Shown piece by piece: positions 34,280 through 44,649 of a DNA stretch of 64,000 nucleotides (positions are counted from its first letter, which is position 1; each line of letters starts with the position of its first letter). The position numbers and the translations under genes are program-made. The notes beneath the pieces are model-generated. The model worked only from the letters and a program-made list of their open reading frames with translations. It was not told the DNA's origin and did not search any database. The stretch is from a virus (Duplodnaviria > Heunggongvirae > Uroviricota > Caudoviricetes), in the IMG/VR virus record IMGVR_UViG_3300042914_003231, positions 1-64,000 of that record. One strand, written 5' to 3'.

Positions 34280-37048
34280 ATGCAAGTATTAAATGCCTTA
34301 CAACTAAAAGGTGGAAAAAAAGCAGAATATAATAGGATGGGATCGATCACCCAACCTCTGCAATTTCTTCCCAGAAAAGATAAAGATCCTGAGTGGAGAG
34401 CTTGGAATATTGACTGGTTAGAATGGAATGGTCTTAAGCAAATCCGTAGAAATGCAAGAAGACTTAGTAAAAACTACAAGCTTGCTAAAGGCGTAATTGA
34501 TAAAACCGACTATATTGTTGAGGATGACAATGAGATGAGAGATCTTGTTGACACTCTTATGAAAGAAGATGTAAGTGCATTGGAACTAAAATTTTACCCT
34601 ATTATACCGAATGTAATCAATGTATTGGTTTCTGAATTTGCAAAAAGAAATAGCAAGATCACTTTCCAGGCAAAAGATGAATACTCCTACAATGAAATGC
34701 TGGAGCAAAAGCGTTCTCAAATAGAGCAAGTGCTTTATTCGCGTGCTGAACAAAAACTCTTAGCAAAGATGTTAGAACAGGGTTTGGACCCTAATGATCC
34801 AGAAGTACAGGAACAGATGCAACAGCAGACTTCTCCGGAAGCTATGAAAACTCTTCCTGAAATCCAGGAATTCTTTGATAAGAGTTATAGAAGTTTAGCT
34901 GAGCAATGGGCTACTCACCAGTTTAAGATCGATGAAGAAAGATTTAGAATGGATGAGCTTGAAGAAAGAGCCTTCCGAGACATGCTTATCACCGATCGCG
35001 AGTTCTGGCACTTTAAGATGAATGATGATGACTATGATATTGAGCTTTGGAATCCAATGCTTACTTTCTACCACAAGTCTCCTGATGCGCGTTATATCTC
35101 TCAGGGTAACTGGGTAGGTAAGATCGATATGATGACTGTGGCCGATGTTGTGGATAAGTACGGCTACATGATGACTGAAGAACAATTGGCATCTCTTGAA
35201 GCTATTTATCCGGTAAGATCTGCAGGTTATCCGTTAGCTGGTTATCAGAATGATGGTTCTTACTATGATGCTACTAAGTCTCATGAGTGGAATACCAATA
35301 TGCCAGGCTTAGCCTACAGACAGTTTGTTTCCATGTATGATAACTTCATCTACAATGGTGGAGATATTATTAACTGGATCATGGCTGAAGGTGAAGACTA
35401 TGCTCCTATGGGGTCTGCTTTTTTACTTCGTGTAACAACAGCTTACTGGAAGTCTCAAAGAAAAGTTGGGCACCTAACAAAAGTAAATGAAAGTGGAGAT
35501 GTAGAAACTGATATTGTAAGTGAAGAATACAAAGTAACTGACAAGCCTATCTATGACACTACTCTTATCAAGAATAAAACTAAGGACACTCTAGTATTTG
35601 GAGAGCACATTGACTGGATCTGGATCAACCAGGTTTGGGGTGGTGTAAAGATTGGCCCTAACCATCCTTCCTTCTGGGGTATGAACAATCCGGGTGGTAT
35701 TAATCCTATGTATTTAGGTATTGATCAGAATCAGATCGGTCCTCTTAAGTTCCAGTTCAAAGGTGACAATACTCTCTATGGATGCAAACTTCCTGTAGAA
35801 GGTGCTGTATTCAATGACAGAAATACAAGATCTACTGCGATGGTAGACTTAATGAAACCTTTTCAAATTGGCTATAATATTGTAAATAACCAAATAGCAG
35901 ATATCTTGGTAGATGAACTCGGTACCGTGATTATGCTTGATCAAAATGCTCTTCCTAAACATTCATTGGGAGAAGACTGGGGTAAGAACAACTTCCAAAA
36001 GGCTTATGTAGCCATGAAGAATTTCCAGATGCTTCCTTTAGATACTACTATTACCAACACTGAGAATGCATTAAACTTCCAGCACTTCCAGGTAATGAAC
36101 CTTGAGCAAACACAAAGAATGCTATCAAGGGTTCAATTGGCCAACTTCTTTAAGCAGCAATGTTTTGAAGTGATCGGTATCACTCCTCAAAGACTTGGTC
36201 AACAGATTGGACAAACTGATACTGCAAAAGGTATTGAGCAGGCTATAATTGGATCATATGCTCAGACTGAGACATACTTTATCCAGCACTCTGATTACTT
36301 AATGCCTCGCGTACATCAGATGAGAACTGACTTAGCTCAGTACTACTGTTCTAAAAAGCCGTCACTAAGACTTCAGTACATGCTTTCCACAGATGAAAAA
36401 GTTAACTTTGAGATGAATGGTACAGAACTTCTTTTAAGAGACATTAATGTATATGCTACAACAAAAGCTAACCAGCGCGCTATTCTAGAGCAAATGAAAC
36501 AACTTGCTGTAGGTAACAATACAACCGGTGCCACTATCTATGATCTTGGTGAGGTTATGCAATCCGAATCTCTTGGTGAACTTACCAACAAGCTTAAAGG
36601 TCTTGATAAGAAAGCACAAGCTCTTCGTCAAGAACAAATGCAGCATGAGCAACAACTTCAAAAGCAAGCTGATGACAGCCGTCTTAAGGAGAAACAACTT
36701 GAGCTTGACTACAAAGCACAAGAAGCTGAGAAAGATCGTAGAAAAGATATCCTTATTGCTGAGATCAAGTCTGCCGGCTATGGAGCTATGCAAGATATTA
36801 ACCAGAACCAACAGTCTGATTACTTGGATGCTTTAGCACAAATAAAGTCTTCTGAAGAGTTTCAGGAGTCTATGAATCTGCAGAACACTAAAGAGAACAA
36901 CCGTATGGCTGCAGACCGTGATAAAGCTCAGATAGAGCGCGAGAAAATGCAAGCTGCCATGAGAATGAAAGAAATGGATGTGGCAATAGCCAGAGAAAAT
37001 AAGAATAAATATGATGCAAAGAAAAAAGATGAGAAAAAGAAAAAGTAG
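34280..37048 (+). CDS. putative portal protein (large, with Lys-rich coiled-coil C-terminus)
   Basis: 922 aa directly after terL and the homing endonuclease, ahead of the scaffold-like gene; called by position only. Confidence 0.4.
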   Translation: MQVLNALQLKGGKKAEYNRMGSITQPLQFLPRKDKDPEWRAWNIDWLEWNGLKQIRRNARRLSKNYKLAKGVIDKTDYIVEDDNEMRDLVDTLMKEDVSALELKFYPIIPNVINVLVSEFAKRNSKITFQAKDEYSYNEMLEQKRSQIEQVLYSRAEQKLLAKMLEQGLDPNDPEVQEQMQQQTSPEAMKTLPEIQEFFDKSYRSLAEQWATHQFKIDEERFRMDELEERAFRDMLITDREFWHFKMNDDDYDIELWNPMLTFYHKSPDARYISQGNWVGKIDMMTVADVVDKYGYMMTEEQLASLEAIYPVRSAGYPLAGYQNDGSYYDATKSHEWNTNMPGLAYRQFVSMYDNFIYNGGDIINWIMAEGEDYAPMGSAFLLRVTTAYWKSQRKVGHLTKVNESGDVETDIVSEEYKVTDKPIYDTTLIKNKTKDTLVFGEHIDWIWINQVWGGVKIGPNHPSFWGMNNPGGINPMYLGIDQNQIGPLKFQFKGDNTLYGCKLPVEGAVFNDRNTRSTAMVDLMKPFQIGYNIVNNQIADILVDELGTVIMLDQNALPKHSLGEDWGKNNFQKAYVAMKNFQMLPLDTTITNTENALNFQHFQVMNLEQTQRMLSRVQLANFFKQQCFEVIGITPQRLGQQIGQTDTAKGIEQAIIGSYAQTETYFIQHSDYLMPRVHQMRTDLAQYYCSKKPSLRLQYMLSTDEKVNFEMNGTELLLRDINVYATTKANQRAILEQMKQLAVGNNTTGATIYDLGEVMQSESLGELTNKLKGLDKKAQALRQEQMQHEQQLQKQADDSRLKEKQLELDYKAQEAEKDRRKDILIAEIKSAGYGAMQDINQNQQSDYLDALAQIKSSEEFQESMNLQNTKENNRMAADRDKAQIEREKMQAAMRMKEMDVAIARENKNKYDAKKKDEKKKK

Positions 37049-37166
37049 CCTGTAGCCATATATTGCCAAATATTTTTATAGGCCCCTTACAAAGTTTCAA
37101 ATCTATTAAGTTTATTTCATTATTTTTGTTATATTATAATAAGTCAGTCAATAAACCAACCAACAT

Positions 37167-38468
37167 ATGAGTGATACAAAAGATACCACAGTAATTCAAA
37201 CAGCAGACATAGATCTGAATGAACTACTTGGAACACCAGGAGGAGACAATGTAATGCTTCCTGAAGGCCAACAGGCAAAACCTAGTTTATTTACTAGAAA
37301 ACCTGAAGACCTATCGTTCCTTGACAAACCTGAAAAAAATGATACAGCAGCTGCTCAAGCTAAGCCAGCTGAAGAAACTGATCCTGCTAAAAAAGAGAAA
37401 AGTAATAATCCGAACCCAGAAGGTACCCCCAATCCAGAAGGAAAGAAAGATGACATCCTTGATGAAATCATTCAAAACACTCCTGAAGGTGGTGCTAAAC
37501 AAGATGCAGATGATGGTAAAAAAAGTGGTCGTCCTACAGGTCTTGTAGAGCTTGGAACTAAACTTATTGAAAAAGGCATCATTACTCCTTTCGAAGGAGA
37601 AGAAGATGTTAGTAAATACACCCTTAAAGACTGGGAAGAACTTTTTGAAGCTAATGAAAAAGAGAAAGCTAAGAAACTTGAAGAACAAGTATCTGCCGGT
37701 TTTTTTGAATCATTGCCTGAAGAACTTCAGGTTGCTGCCCAATATGTAGCAAATGGCGGACAAGATCTTAAGTCTTTATTTCAGTCATTAGCTGCGGTAG
37801 AAGAAATTCGCCAGTTGGACACTAAGACTGAAGAAGGTCAGGAACAAATTGTAAGAAGCTATCTTCATGCAACTCGTTTTGGTACTCCAGAAGAAATCGA
37901 AGCAGAGTTAGAAGATTGGAAAGATCGTGATCAACTAGAAGCTAAAGCTAACCAGTTTAAGCCAAAACTTGATGCTATGCAAGAACAGATTGTTCAAAGA
38001 AAACTTCAAGAACAAGAAAAGATGCGTGCTGCTCAGCAAAAGCAAGCTAAAGTATACACTGATAATATCTACAAAACCCTTGAGCCAGGTGAATTAAATG
38101 GTCTTAAGTTAGACAAAAAAACCCAGAACATGTTGTTTGCTGGTTTAACTCAAGGTAACTATCCATCAATATCAGGGCGTTCTACCAATTTACTAGGTCA
38201 CTTATTAGAAAAGTACCAGTATCAAGAACCGAATCATGCATTAATAACTGAAGCTCTTTGGTTATTAGCTGATCCAGAAGGATACCGTGCTAAAGTAAAA
38301 GAAGGCGGAAAGAAAGAAGTTGTAGCAAATACAGTGCGTACATTAAAACAGGAACAAAGTAACAGAATTGCATCAGGATCTCAAGAGGACGATGATGATT
38401 CATCAAGAGGTGGTAAGAAGACCAGTGGTATTCCTAGACCTAGTGGTGGAAATTTCTTTAAAAGATAA
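37167..38468 (+). CDS. putative scaffolding protein
   Basis: 433 aa, highly charged, coiled-coil-rich; lies between the portal and capsid candidates. Confidence 0.4.
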   Translation: MSDTKDTTVIQTADIDLNELLGTPGGDNVMLPEGQQAKPSLFTRKPEDLSFLDKPEKNDTAAAQAKPAEETDPAKKEKSNNPNPEGTPNPEGKKDDILDEIIQNTPEGGAKQDADDGKKSGRPTGLVELGTKLIEKGIITPFEGEEDVSKYTLKDWEELFEANEKEKAKKLEEQVSAGFFESLPEELQVAAQYVANGGQDLKSLFQSLAAVEEIRQLDTKTEEGQEQIVRSYLHATRFGTPEEIEAELEDWKDRDQLEAKANQFKPKLDAMQEQIVQRKLQEQEKMRAAQQKQAKVYTDNIYKTLEPGELNGLKLDKKTQNMLFAGLTQGNYPSISGRSTNLLGHLLEKYQYQEPNHALITEALWLLADPEGYRAKVKEGGKKEVVANTVRTLKQEQSNRIASGSQEDDDDSSRGGKKTSGIPRPSGGNFFKR

Positions 38469-38507
38469 TAACATTAACAATTATAAACTAAAAACAAAAA
38501 ACAAAAA

Positions 38508-40133
38508 ATGGCAACTCCAGTATTAAACAATGGTATATTCTTGCGCGACACGAATTACCATGCTACATCACATGTAGACAGTTATCACCTTCAGAACATG
38601 TTAAAAGATGCTGAACCAATGGATATGGGACCGGTAGATATTTGGGCAATGACTCAAAAGGTAGAAATGCCTCTTTACCAGTTATCATCTTTTGGTGGTA
38701 AAAATATCATCATGGTTGATAATGTCCGTGGTGAATATAAATGGCAAACTCCTGTATCACAGGATTTACCTTACATTATTGAGGACATCGAGCCTACAAA
38801 CTTAGCTAAAGGTCAGGATGGCACAACCTTCCGTATCAAGATTAACAAGCGTGAGTTTGGTCATGGTGATATCATCACTTATGACAAATACAATGGTGTC
38901 GAGTTATACATTACTGCTGATGATATCTTACCTATGGGTGACGGTTTCATCTACACTGTGCAGTTGGTAAACAATGACAACTACAAATTCTTAGACAACA
39001 AGTATTTAGTTCCTCAAACCAAATTATTCCGTAAAGGTTCTGCCCGCGGTGAGTATGGAGAAAGATTCTCTGACATCCAAACTCGCTCTGGCTTCCGTGA
39101 GTTCTACAACTTCGTAGGAGGAGCAGAAGCACATGTTCACTACTCTATCAGCTCTCGTGCTGACTTACAAATCAAGGGTGGTATGAATGCAGATGGTACA
39201 GTTCCTGTAACTGAGATCTGGAGAAACTTTGATAAACAATTAGACCCTTCAATCAGTAAGATCGAAGACATCGCTTCAAAGATGGGTAAAGACTACTTGA
39301 AGCGTGCAGTGGGTAATGGTACCTTAACCCGTACCTTCTTAACCTCTATGGAGGCTGCTCACTTAACTAAGATTTCTACTGACATTGAGACCTATTTAAT
39401 GTGGGGTCATGGTGGACGCGTTAAGCAAGATGGACCAGATGACATCCGTATGTCAGTGGGTCTATGGAAACAGCTTGACAACTCTTACAAGCGCGTATAC
39501 AACAAGTCAAGCTTTAGCTTAGAATTGTTCCGTGCTGAGTTATACAACTTCTATGCAGGTCGTGTTGAGTTCCAAGGTCCGGATCCAAAACGCTCATTGA
39601 TTGTACAAACAGGTATGGGTGGTATGCGCTTAGTAAATGAGGCTATCAAGCGTGAAGCTGTAAACTCAGGTTTAGTTATCCAAGCTGCTAGCAACAATGG
39701 TATTGGTGCTATCACAGGTCAAGGTATGGACTTAAACTATGGCTTTGCATTCACAAGCTATGTAATTCCATTCTTAGCAAATGTTAAGTTTGTGTTAAAC
39801 CCTGCGTTTGACAACTTACATACTAATGACATTGAGAACCCAATCATTGATGGTAACCCATTATCATCATACAGCTTTGTGATCTTCGACATCACAGACA
39901 CTGGTAACGACAACATCTACATGTTGAAGTTATCTTGGGATAACCAATTAAAATGGTGGTACCAGAATGGTACAATGGACTACATGGGACGTACCCAAGG
40001 CTTCCAGTCTTCTGGACAGTTTAACGGTTACCGTGTATACATGAGCCAAACTATGCCAGCTATCTGGGTGAAAGACCCTACCAAAGTGTTGAAGATTGTT
40101 ATGCGCAATCCGATCACTGGTGGTTCTTTCTAA
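38508..40133 (+). CDS. putative major capsid protein
   Basis: 541 aa directly after the scaffold gene; followed by a GC-rich hairpin element. Confidence 0.4.
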   Translation: MATPVLNNGIFLRDTNYHATSHVDSYHLQNMLKDAEPMDMGPVDIWAMTQKVEMPLYQLSSFGGKNIIMVDNVRGEYKWQTPVSQDLPYIIEDIEPTNLAKGQDGTTFRIKINKREFGHGDIITYDKYNGVELYITADDILPMGDGFIYTVQLVNNDNYKFLDNKYLVPQTKLFRKGSARGEYGERFSDIQTRSGFREFYNFVGGAEAHVHYSISSRADLQIKGGMNADGTVPVTEIWRNFDKQLDPSISKIEDIASKMGKDYLKRAVGNGTLTRTFLTSMEAAHLTKISTDIETYLMWGHGGRVKQDGPDDIRMSVGLWKQLDNSYKRVYNKSSFSLELFRAELYNFYAGRVEFQGPDPKRSLIVQTGMGGMRLVNEAIKREAVNSGLVIQAASNNGIGAITGQGMDLNYGFAFTSYVIPFLANVKFVLNPAFDNLHTNDIENPIIDGNPLSSYSFVIFDITDTGNDNIYMLKLSWDNQLKWWYQNGTMDYMGRTQGFQSSGQFNGYRVYMSQTMPAIWVKDPTKVLKIVMRNPITGGSF

Positions 40134-40261
40134 GAACTCGTGCTCTAGAGGGAGTCTTCCATGCTCCCTCTTACATGAGCACCTTGCCCGGGGATGCGTT
40201 CACCACAGAGCTCGCAACTCTGCCCGGGAACAAAACTTTACAACTTTTAAAAACTAAAACA
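40134..40261 (+). other. GC-rich structured element (nested hairpin plus duplicated gcccggg palindromes)
   Basis: cgtgctc-tagagggag...ctccctc...gagcac nested inverted repeats; cccggg occurs twice. Confidence 0.4.
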
Positions 40262-41053
40262 ATGAAACTATTCACTAATCAGATTGCCAATACATTTTCT
40301 ACTGTAAAACAATTTGTAACATTTGTCGGTGGAAACCGTGCATATGCAACTGTAGCACAGCTTAATGAAATTATCACTAAGCTTTCTCCTATGTATAAAG
40401 TCACAACTTATCCTAATAACATTGTTGCTAAAGATTTTTCTTTAAACAATCCAGTTCTTTCAAGTAGAGAAAAATTTGTTTATAATACAGTTTTTAAACC
40501 TTCTGTTTTTACAGCTTTAAATCCTGGTTTTAAATTGAATATTATTGACATAGAAAATCAATCAGAGTTAACATCTGTTGAAAGACTTGAAGTTGTAATA
40601 GGATATGAAGGCTTAAATAATTGGGATGGTGGAGATTTTCAACTTTGGTTAGGAAATTCTCTTGTTGCAACTATTCCTTCAGCTACTATGACTAATACTA
40701 GTGGAACACCTAATTATTCAAAATCATTACTTGTACCTATTACAAATGTTATAGAACTAGCTACTGGTACTTATACAGCAGGAGTTTCTGGAAGAGGTAT
40801 TCAATTTAACAATCCTAAAACAATGTTTAACATCAGATTAACTTCTAAAACTACTAGTTTTATAGGAGCTGTAGGATTAAATATGATTGTTGCAAAACAA
40901 AATAATGCGGGATGTGGTACATGGTGTGAAACAACTTGTAATTTTAATGATCCTGCTAGTACTGTTTATTGTAGTATTATAGCAGGTAATAAATGTAGCT
41001 ATTGCAAAATTCCAAATGGAGCTTGGGATTCAGGTGATGTAAATCCTGTATAA
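40262..41053 (+). CDS. structural protein
   Basis: start moved to the ATG after the hairpin element (MKLFTNQ...). Confidence 0.45.
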   Translation: MKLFTNQIANTFSTVKQFVTFVGGNRAYATVAQLNEIITKLSPMYKVTTYPNNIVAKDFSLNNPVLSSREKFVYNTVFKPSVFTALNPGFKLNIIDIENQSELTSVERLEVVIGYEGLNNWDGGDFQLWLGNSLVATIPSATMTNTSGTPNYSKSLLVPITNVIELATGTYTAGVSGRGIQFNNPKTMFNIRLTSKTTSFIGAVGLNMIVAKQNNAGCGTWCETTCNFNDPASTVYCSIIAGNKCSYCKIPNGAWDSGDVNPV

Positions 41054-41081
41054 CCTTATAAACCAACAATAAACCAACAAT

Positions 41082-42101
41082 ATGAGTACAGTAACAATCG
41101 TCTCTACTGCAGAGACAGCAAAATCAGGTGGTATATCCATCAAACCGTTCTTTGATCCAAACAAACAAAATATGGGCCTTGAAAAATACGGCCTTGCTTT
41201 GTTTGATGGCATTTTTCATGAAGAGCAATTAGCTTGCCTTGAAAGAAATGGTCAAAAAAGATACTTAACCGGACTTAATGAGTTTTCTCCAGATGTAAAA
41301 AACATCCCTAATCCTGAAGACAGGGAAGCAAAGATCAAAGAGATTCGTACTGTAGTAGCTCAACTTGAGAGAGAATTGGCTTCTAATGTTATTGATCCTA
41401 AAGATCCCGAGTTCTGGAACAAGGTTCAGTTACTTAGACCAGATAATGATGATTTGTGGTCTAAGATCACAATTCGTTGTGGTAATGAACCAGTAATTCT
41501 TGATCCTTCTAGAGAACCGTATGATCTTATCAAAATCTATGCTATTGAAGCCGGTGGATTTTCTCTTGTAGCTAAAAGCTATGAGGATGCGCGTAGCAGA
41601 GCTGTATCACCAAAATTCTTTTTGGATAAATACACAGAAACTGTATCTACCAAAACAGAAGTTACCAAGATCCGTAACAAAGCCTTGGCTGAGCTTATCA
41701 AGTTATTTGATAAGAACCAGAACAAGTTATTCTTAGTTGCAAAAGTTGTGGATGGTAATAGTGTTCAGTACAAGAAGTCTACTCCTAATGATATTGTTTA
41801 TGATAACATGGACCGCTTCATTACAGGACAAGGTGTTGAGAAAAACATGAAGCGTGCTGCTCAGAGCTTTATCGATGCTTGTGCTATGAGCATGGAAGAA
41901 TTAAAGATCAAAGCCTTGATCAAAGATTCTACCTACTACAAGTTTATTCAGTTAAAAGCTGATGGCTTTATCTACCACACAGACACTTCTACTCTAATGG
42001 GTAAGAATGTATCAGACTGTTTTGAGTTCTTGAAGAATCCTTTACACGATGCAGTGTTACTGGATCTTACTCAAAAGGTAGAAAAGTACTGGAATGTGTA
42101 A
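41082..42101 (+). CDS. hypothetical structural protein
   Basis: 339-aa ORF. Confidence 0.5.
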   Translation: MSTVTIVSTAETAKSGGISIKPFFDPNKQNMGLEKYGLALFDGIFHEEQLACLERNGQKRYLTGLNEFSPDVKNIPNPEDREAKIKEIRTVVAQLERELASNVIDPKDPEFWNKVQLLRPDNDDLWSKITIRCGNEPVILDPSREPYDLIKIYAIEAGGFSLVAKSYEDARSRAVSPKFFLDKYTETVSTKTEVTKIRNKALAELIKLFDKNQNKLFLVAKVVDGNSVQYKKSTPNDIVYDNMDRFITGQGVEKNMKRAAQSFIDACAMSMEELKIKALIKDSTYYKFIQLKADGFIYHTDTSTLMGKNVSDCFEFLKNPLHDAVLLDLTQKVEKYWNV

Positions 42102-42119
42102 TAAGAAAAACAACATACA

Positions 42120-42338
42120 ATGGCAACAAAAAAAATGAAAACTGGTGGGATGACAAATCCTAATAAAGCAGTAACAGTGAGCAAGACTCCTACTAAGTAT
42201 ACTGGCGGAAAGAATGCTTCGGCTTCGGTACAAAAAGTTACTCCTAAAGCAAGTGTAACTAAAGGCTCTAATGCTTCGGCAAAAGTGTCTCCATCTAAGA
42301 AGATGGGTGGTTCTACAAAAAGTAAGAAAAGTTGTTAA
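42120..42338 (+). CDS. small basic Lys-rich protein 1 (C-terminal KKMGGSTKSKKSC)
   Basis: 72 aa, K/T/S-rich. Confidence 0.5.
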   Translation: MATKKMKTGGMTNPNKAVTVSKTPTKYTGGKNASASVQKVTPKASVTKGSNASAKVSPSKKMGGSTKSKKSC

Positions 42339-42387
42339 ACCAGAAATGGCCCCAGAGAAATCTGGGGTCTTTCTATAAACCAAACAC

Positions 42388-42591
42388 ATGGCAAAAATAA
42401 CAAATAAAGTAGATAAAGAGTACCAAGCTAAATGGGATCTTGATACGCTAAGACAAGCTAAAGAAATTCAAAGCAATACTGCTAGAATGAAAGCTGCTCA
42501 AAACTATGCTAAAGAACAAGTAAAAATGTTAGGTGGTATTGTATCTGACAAAGGTAAAGCACCCGCAAGAAAATCTTCTAGGAAGAAATAA
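42388..42591 (+). CDS. small basic Lys-rich protein 2
   Basis: 67 aa, ends ...GGIVSDKGKAPARKSSRKK. Confidence 0.5.
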   Translation: MAKITNKVDKEYQAKWDLDTLRQAKEIQSNTARMKAAQNYAKEQVKMLGGIVSDKGKAPARKSSRKK

Positions 42592-42592
42592 T

Positions 42593-42751
42593 ATGTCTGA
42601 TAAAAAATGGATCCAAAAAGCCACAGCTTCCATCAAACGTAGAGGAACTGAAGGCAAATGTACTCCTATTACAAAACCAGGATGTACAGGTAAAGCAAAA
42701 GCTTTAGCAAAAACTTTTAAAAAAATGGCAGCAGCCAGAAAAGGAAAATAA
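42593..42751 (+). CDS. small basic Lys-rich protein 3
   Basis: 52 aa from the internal ATG (MSDKKWIQKATASIKRRGTEGKCTPITKPGCTGKAKALAKTFKKMAAARKGK). Confidence 0.45.
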   Translation: MSDKKWIQKATASIKRRGTEGKCTPITKPGCTGKAKALAKTFKKMAAARKGK

Positions 42752-42752
42752 C

Positions 42753-42980
42753 ATGGCAAAGAAATTAATAAAAAAACAAACTGGTGGAGTAAGTTCCGGA
42801 CAAAGAGCTCAACAAAAAATGGATTCCTTGTACAATGCTAATAAAGCAAGAACAAAGGCTATGTATGATTCTATGATGAAAAGCGTACCTAAAGCACAAG
42901 CTCCGAAAGCTAAAGATAGTACAAAAGTCACAATAACCAAGAAAAAAATGGGTGGTTCAAGTAAATCTAAAAAATGTTAG
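42753..42980 (+). CDS. small basic Lys-rich protein 4 (C-terminal KKKMGGSSKSKKC)
   Basis: C-terminal tail paralogous to protein 1. Confidence 0.5.
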   Translation: MAKKLIKKQTGGVSSGQRAQQKMDSLYNANKARTKAMYDSMMKSVPKAQAPKAKDSTKVTITKKKMGGSSKSKKC

Positions 42981-42981
42981 C

Positions 42982-43266
42982 ATGGCAAAAAAAACACCAG
43001 CATGGACAAGAAAAGAAGGTAAGAATCCTTCTGGAGGCTTGAATAAAAAAGGAGTAGCTTCATACAGAAAAGAAAATCCAGGTAGTAAATTGCAAACTGC
43101 AGTAACTACTAAACCTTCAAAATTAGATCCTGATAGTAAGGATGCTAAAAGAAGAAGCTCTTTTTGTTCTAGAATGGAAGGTATGAAGAAAAAACTTACT
43201 TCATCTAAAACAGCAAAAGATCCTAACTCAAGAATTAACAAGTCATTAAGAAAATGGAATTGTTAA
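42982..43266 (+). CDS. small basic Lys-rich protein 5
   Basis: start at the internal ATG (MAKKTPAWTRKEGKNPSGG...). Confidence 0.45.
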   Translation: MAKKTPAWTRKEGKNPSGGLNKKGVASYRKENPGSKLQTAVTTKPSKLDPDSKDAKRRSSFCSRMEGMKKKLTSSKTAKDPNSRINKSLRKWNC

Positions 43267-43340
43267 ATTTAAGATTTATGAATACACTTTATTAAAGGTG
43301 GTAAAAACAAGTAGTAAAATAAAATTTAAAAAGAAATAAC

Positions 43341-43520
43341 ATGTCCGGATTAAAAAAAGGCTCTAAGAGCACAGGTGGTATAGATGCTACAAACCTTAAA
43401 GTGATCAAGCACTATAATGATACATTTGAGGACAATAACAAAAAAAGAAATCAACCTCGAGTAGAGGTGATGCAAGAATTCTTTCCTAATGGGAAAGCTC
43501 CTAAAGCTAAAAGAAAATAA
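43341..43520 (+). CDS. small basic Lys-rich protein 6 (59 aa, absent from the ORF track)
   Basis: ATG at 43341 to TAA at 43518-43520: MSGLKKGSKSTGGIDATNLK...KAPKAKRK. Confidence 0.4.
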   Translation: MSGLKKGSKSTGGIDATNLKVIKHYNDTFEDNNKKRNQPRVEVMQEFFPNGKAPKAKRK

Positions 43521-44224
43521 TGCAAAATTCCGCTATACTCATAAAGGTTCAGGAAAGGTTGAACAAGATCTCTAGCAGTGACTATGATAACATAGAACCG
43601 TGGCAGATTATTGAAGCCTTCTGTAAGGCCCAAGTCGATTGGTGCCGTAGAAATCTTCATGGTTTGAACATTAAAAAAGAAGGTGATGAACAGTCAACTA
43701 GAAGAATAGATGACCTTCAGAAATTGTTGATTGCATCTCCTATAATAATGAATAACAAGCAAACCTATTATGAGAGTGTAACCTTTCCTGCTGATTACTT
43801 ACAATGGAAAAGAGTATCTTGTCAAGCAACAAGTGAATGCTGCTCTAGTCCTAAACCTATGGTTGTTTATTTAGCTGAAGTAGCTAATGAAGATGAACTT
43901 TTAAGAGATCTTAATAAACAACCTAGTTTTGAGTGGGGAGAAACATTTGCTACTCTATTAAATAATACTTTAAGAATCTACACTAATGGTTTATTTACTC
44001 CGGTTCAGGTAGAGTTTTACTATTACCGTCAACCAAGAAGAATTCAAATAGCCGGTGTTGTAGATCCTTACACAGGAAATACATCTGCTACAGATGTTAT
44101 ATCAGAATTCAAAGATGACCTAGTAGAGGTTATGATCGATGAAGCTGTTAAGATCTTAGCTGGTGATATAGAGTCAATGACTCAATACCAAAGAGCAAGT
44201 CAATCTGTAGAAAACAATAATTAA
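43520..44224 (+). CDS. hypothetical structural protein
   Basis: 234-aa ORF. Confidence 0.5.
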   Translation: MQNSAILIKVQERLNKISSSDYDNIEPWQIIEAFCKAQVDWCRRNLHGLNIKKEGDEQSTRRIDDLQKLLIASPIIMNNKQTYYESVTFPADYLQWKRVSCQATSECCSSPKPMVVYLAEVANEDELLRDLNKQPSFEWGETFATLLNNTLRIYTNGLFTPVQVEFYYYRQPRRIQIAGVVDPYTGNTSATDVISEFKDDLVEVMIDEAVKILAGDIESMTQYQRASQSVENNN

Positions 44225-44226
44225 CA

Positions 44227-44649
44227 ATGACAATAACTAGACCATTAAAAGGAACAAACAATAAGGAATCTCTTGAAGGTTCTGTTGCAAATTGTGTAAC
44301 TGAGCTAATGAATGCAGCTACAACATTTCATAAATTGCATCTTAAAGTAAGAGGTACTGGAGCATATGCTGCTCACAAAGCTCTTAATGAACTTTATACC
44401 GCATTACCCGAGCATGCAGATGCATTAGCTGAAGGATTCCAAGGAGCTTGTGAAAAGCTATTAGAGTGTTCAGATATGATCCCAAGAAAGGTTGAATCAG
44501 TAGATGAGGCAATAACTTACATAAGAGATCTTACTACTATGGTGAATAATCTTCAGAGTAAAATGCCATATTCAGAAATAGTGAATGAACTTGACACAGT
44601 TAAGGATACTTTTAACTCTGCCAAGTACAAATTATTATTTTTAAAATAA
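44227..44649 (+). CDS. hypothetical protein
   Basis: 140-aa ORF. Confidence 0.5.
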   Translation: MTITRPLKGTNNKESLEGSVANCVTELMNAATTFHKLHLKVRGTGAYAAHKALNELYTALPEHADALAEGFQGACEKLLECSDMIPRKVESVDEAITYIRDLTTMVNNLQSKMPYSEIVNELDTVKDTFNSAKYKLLFLK

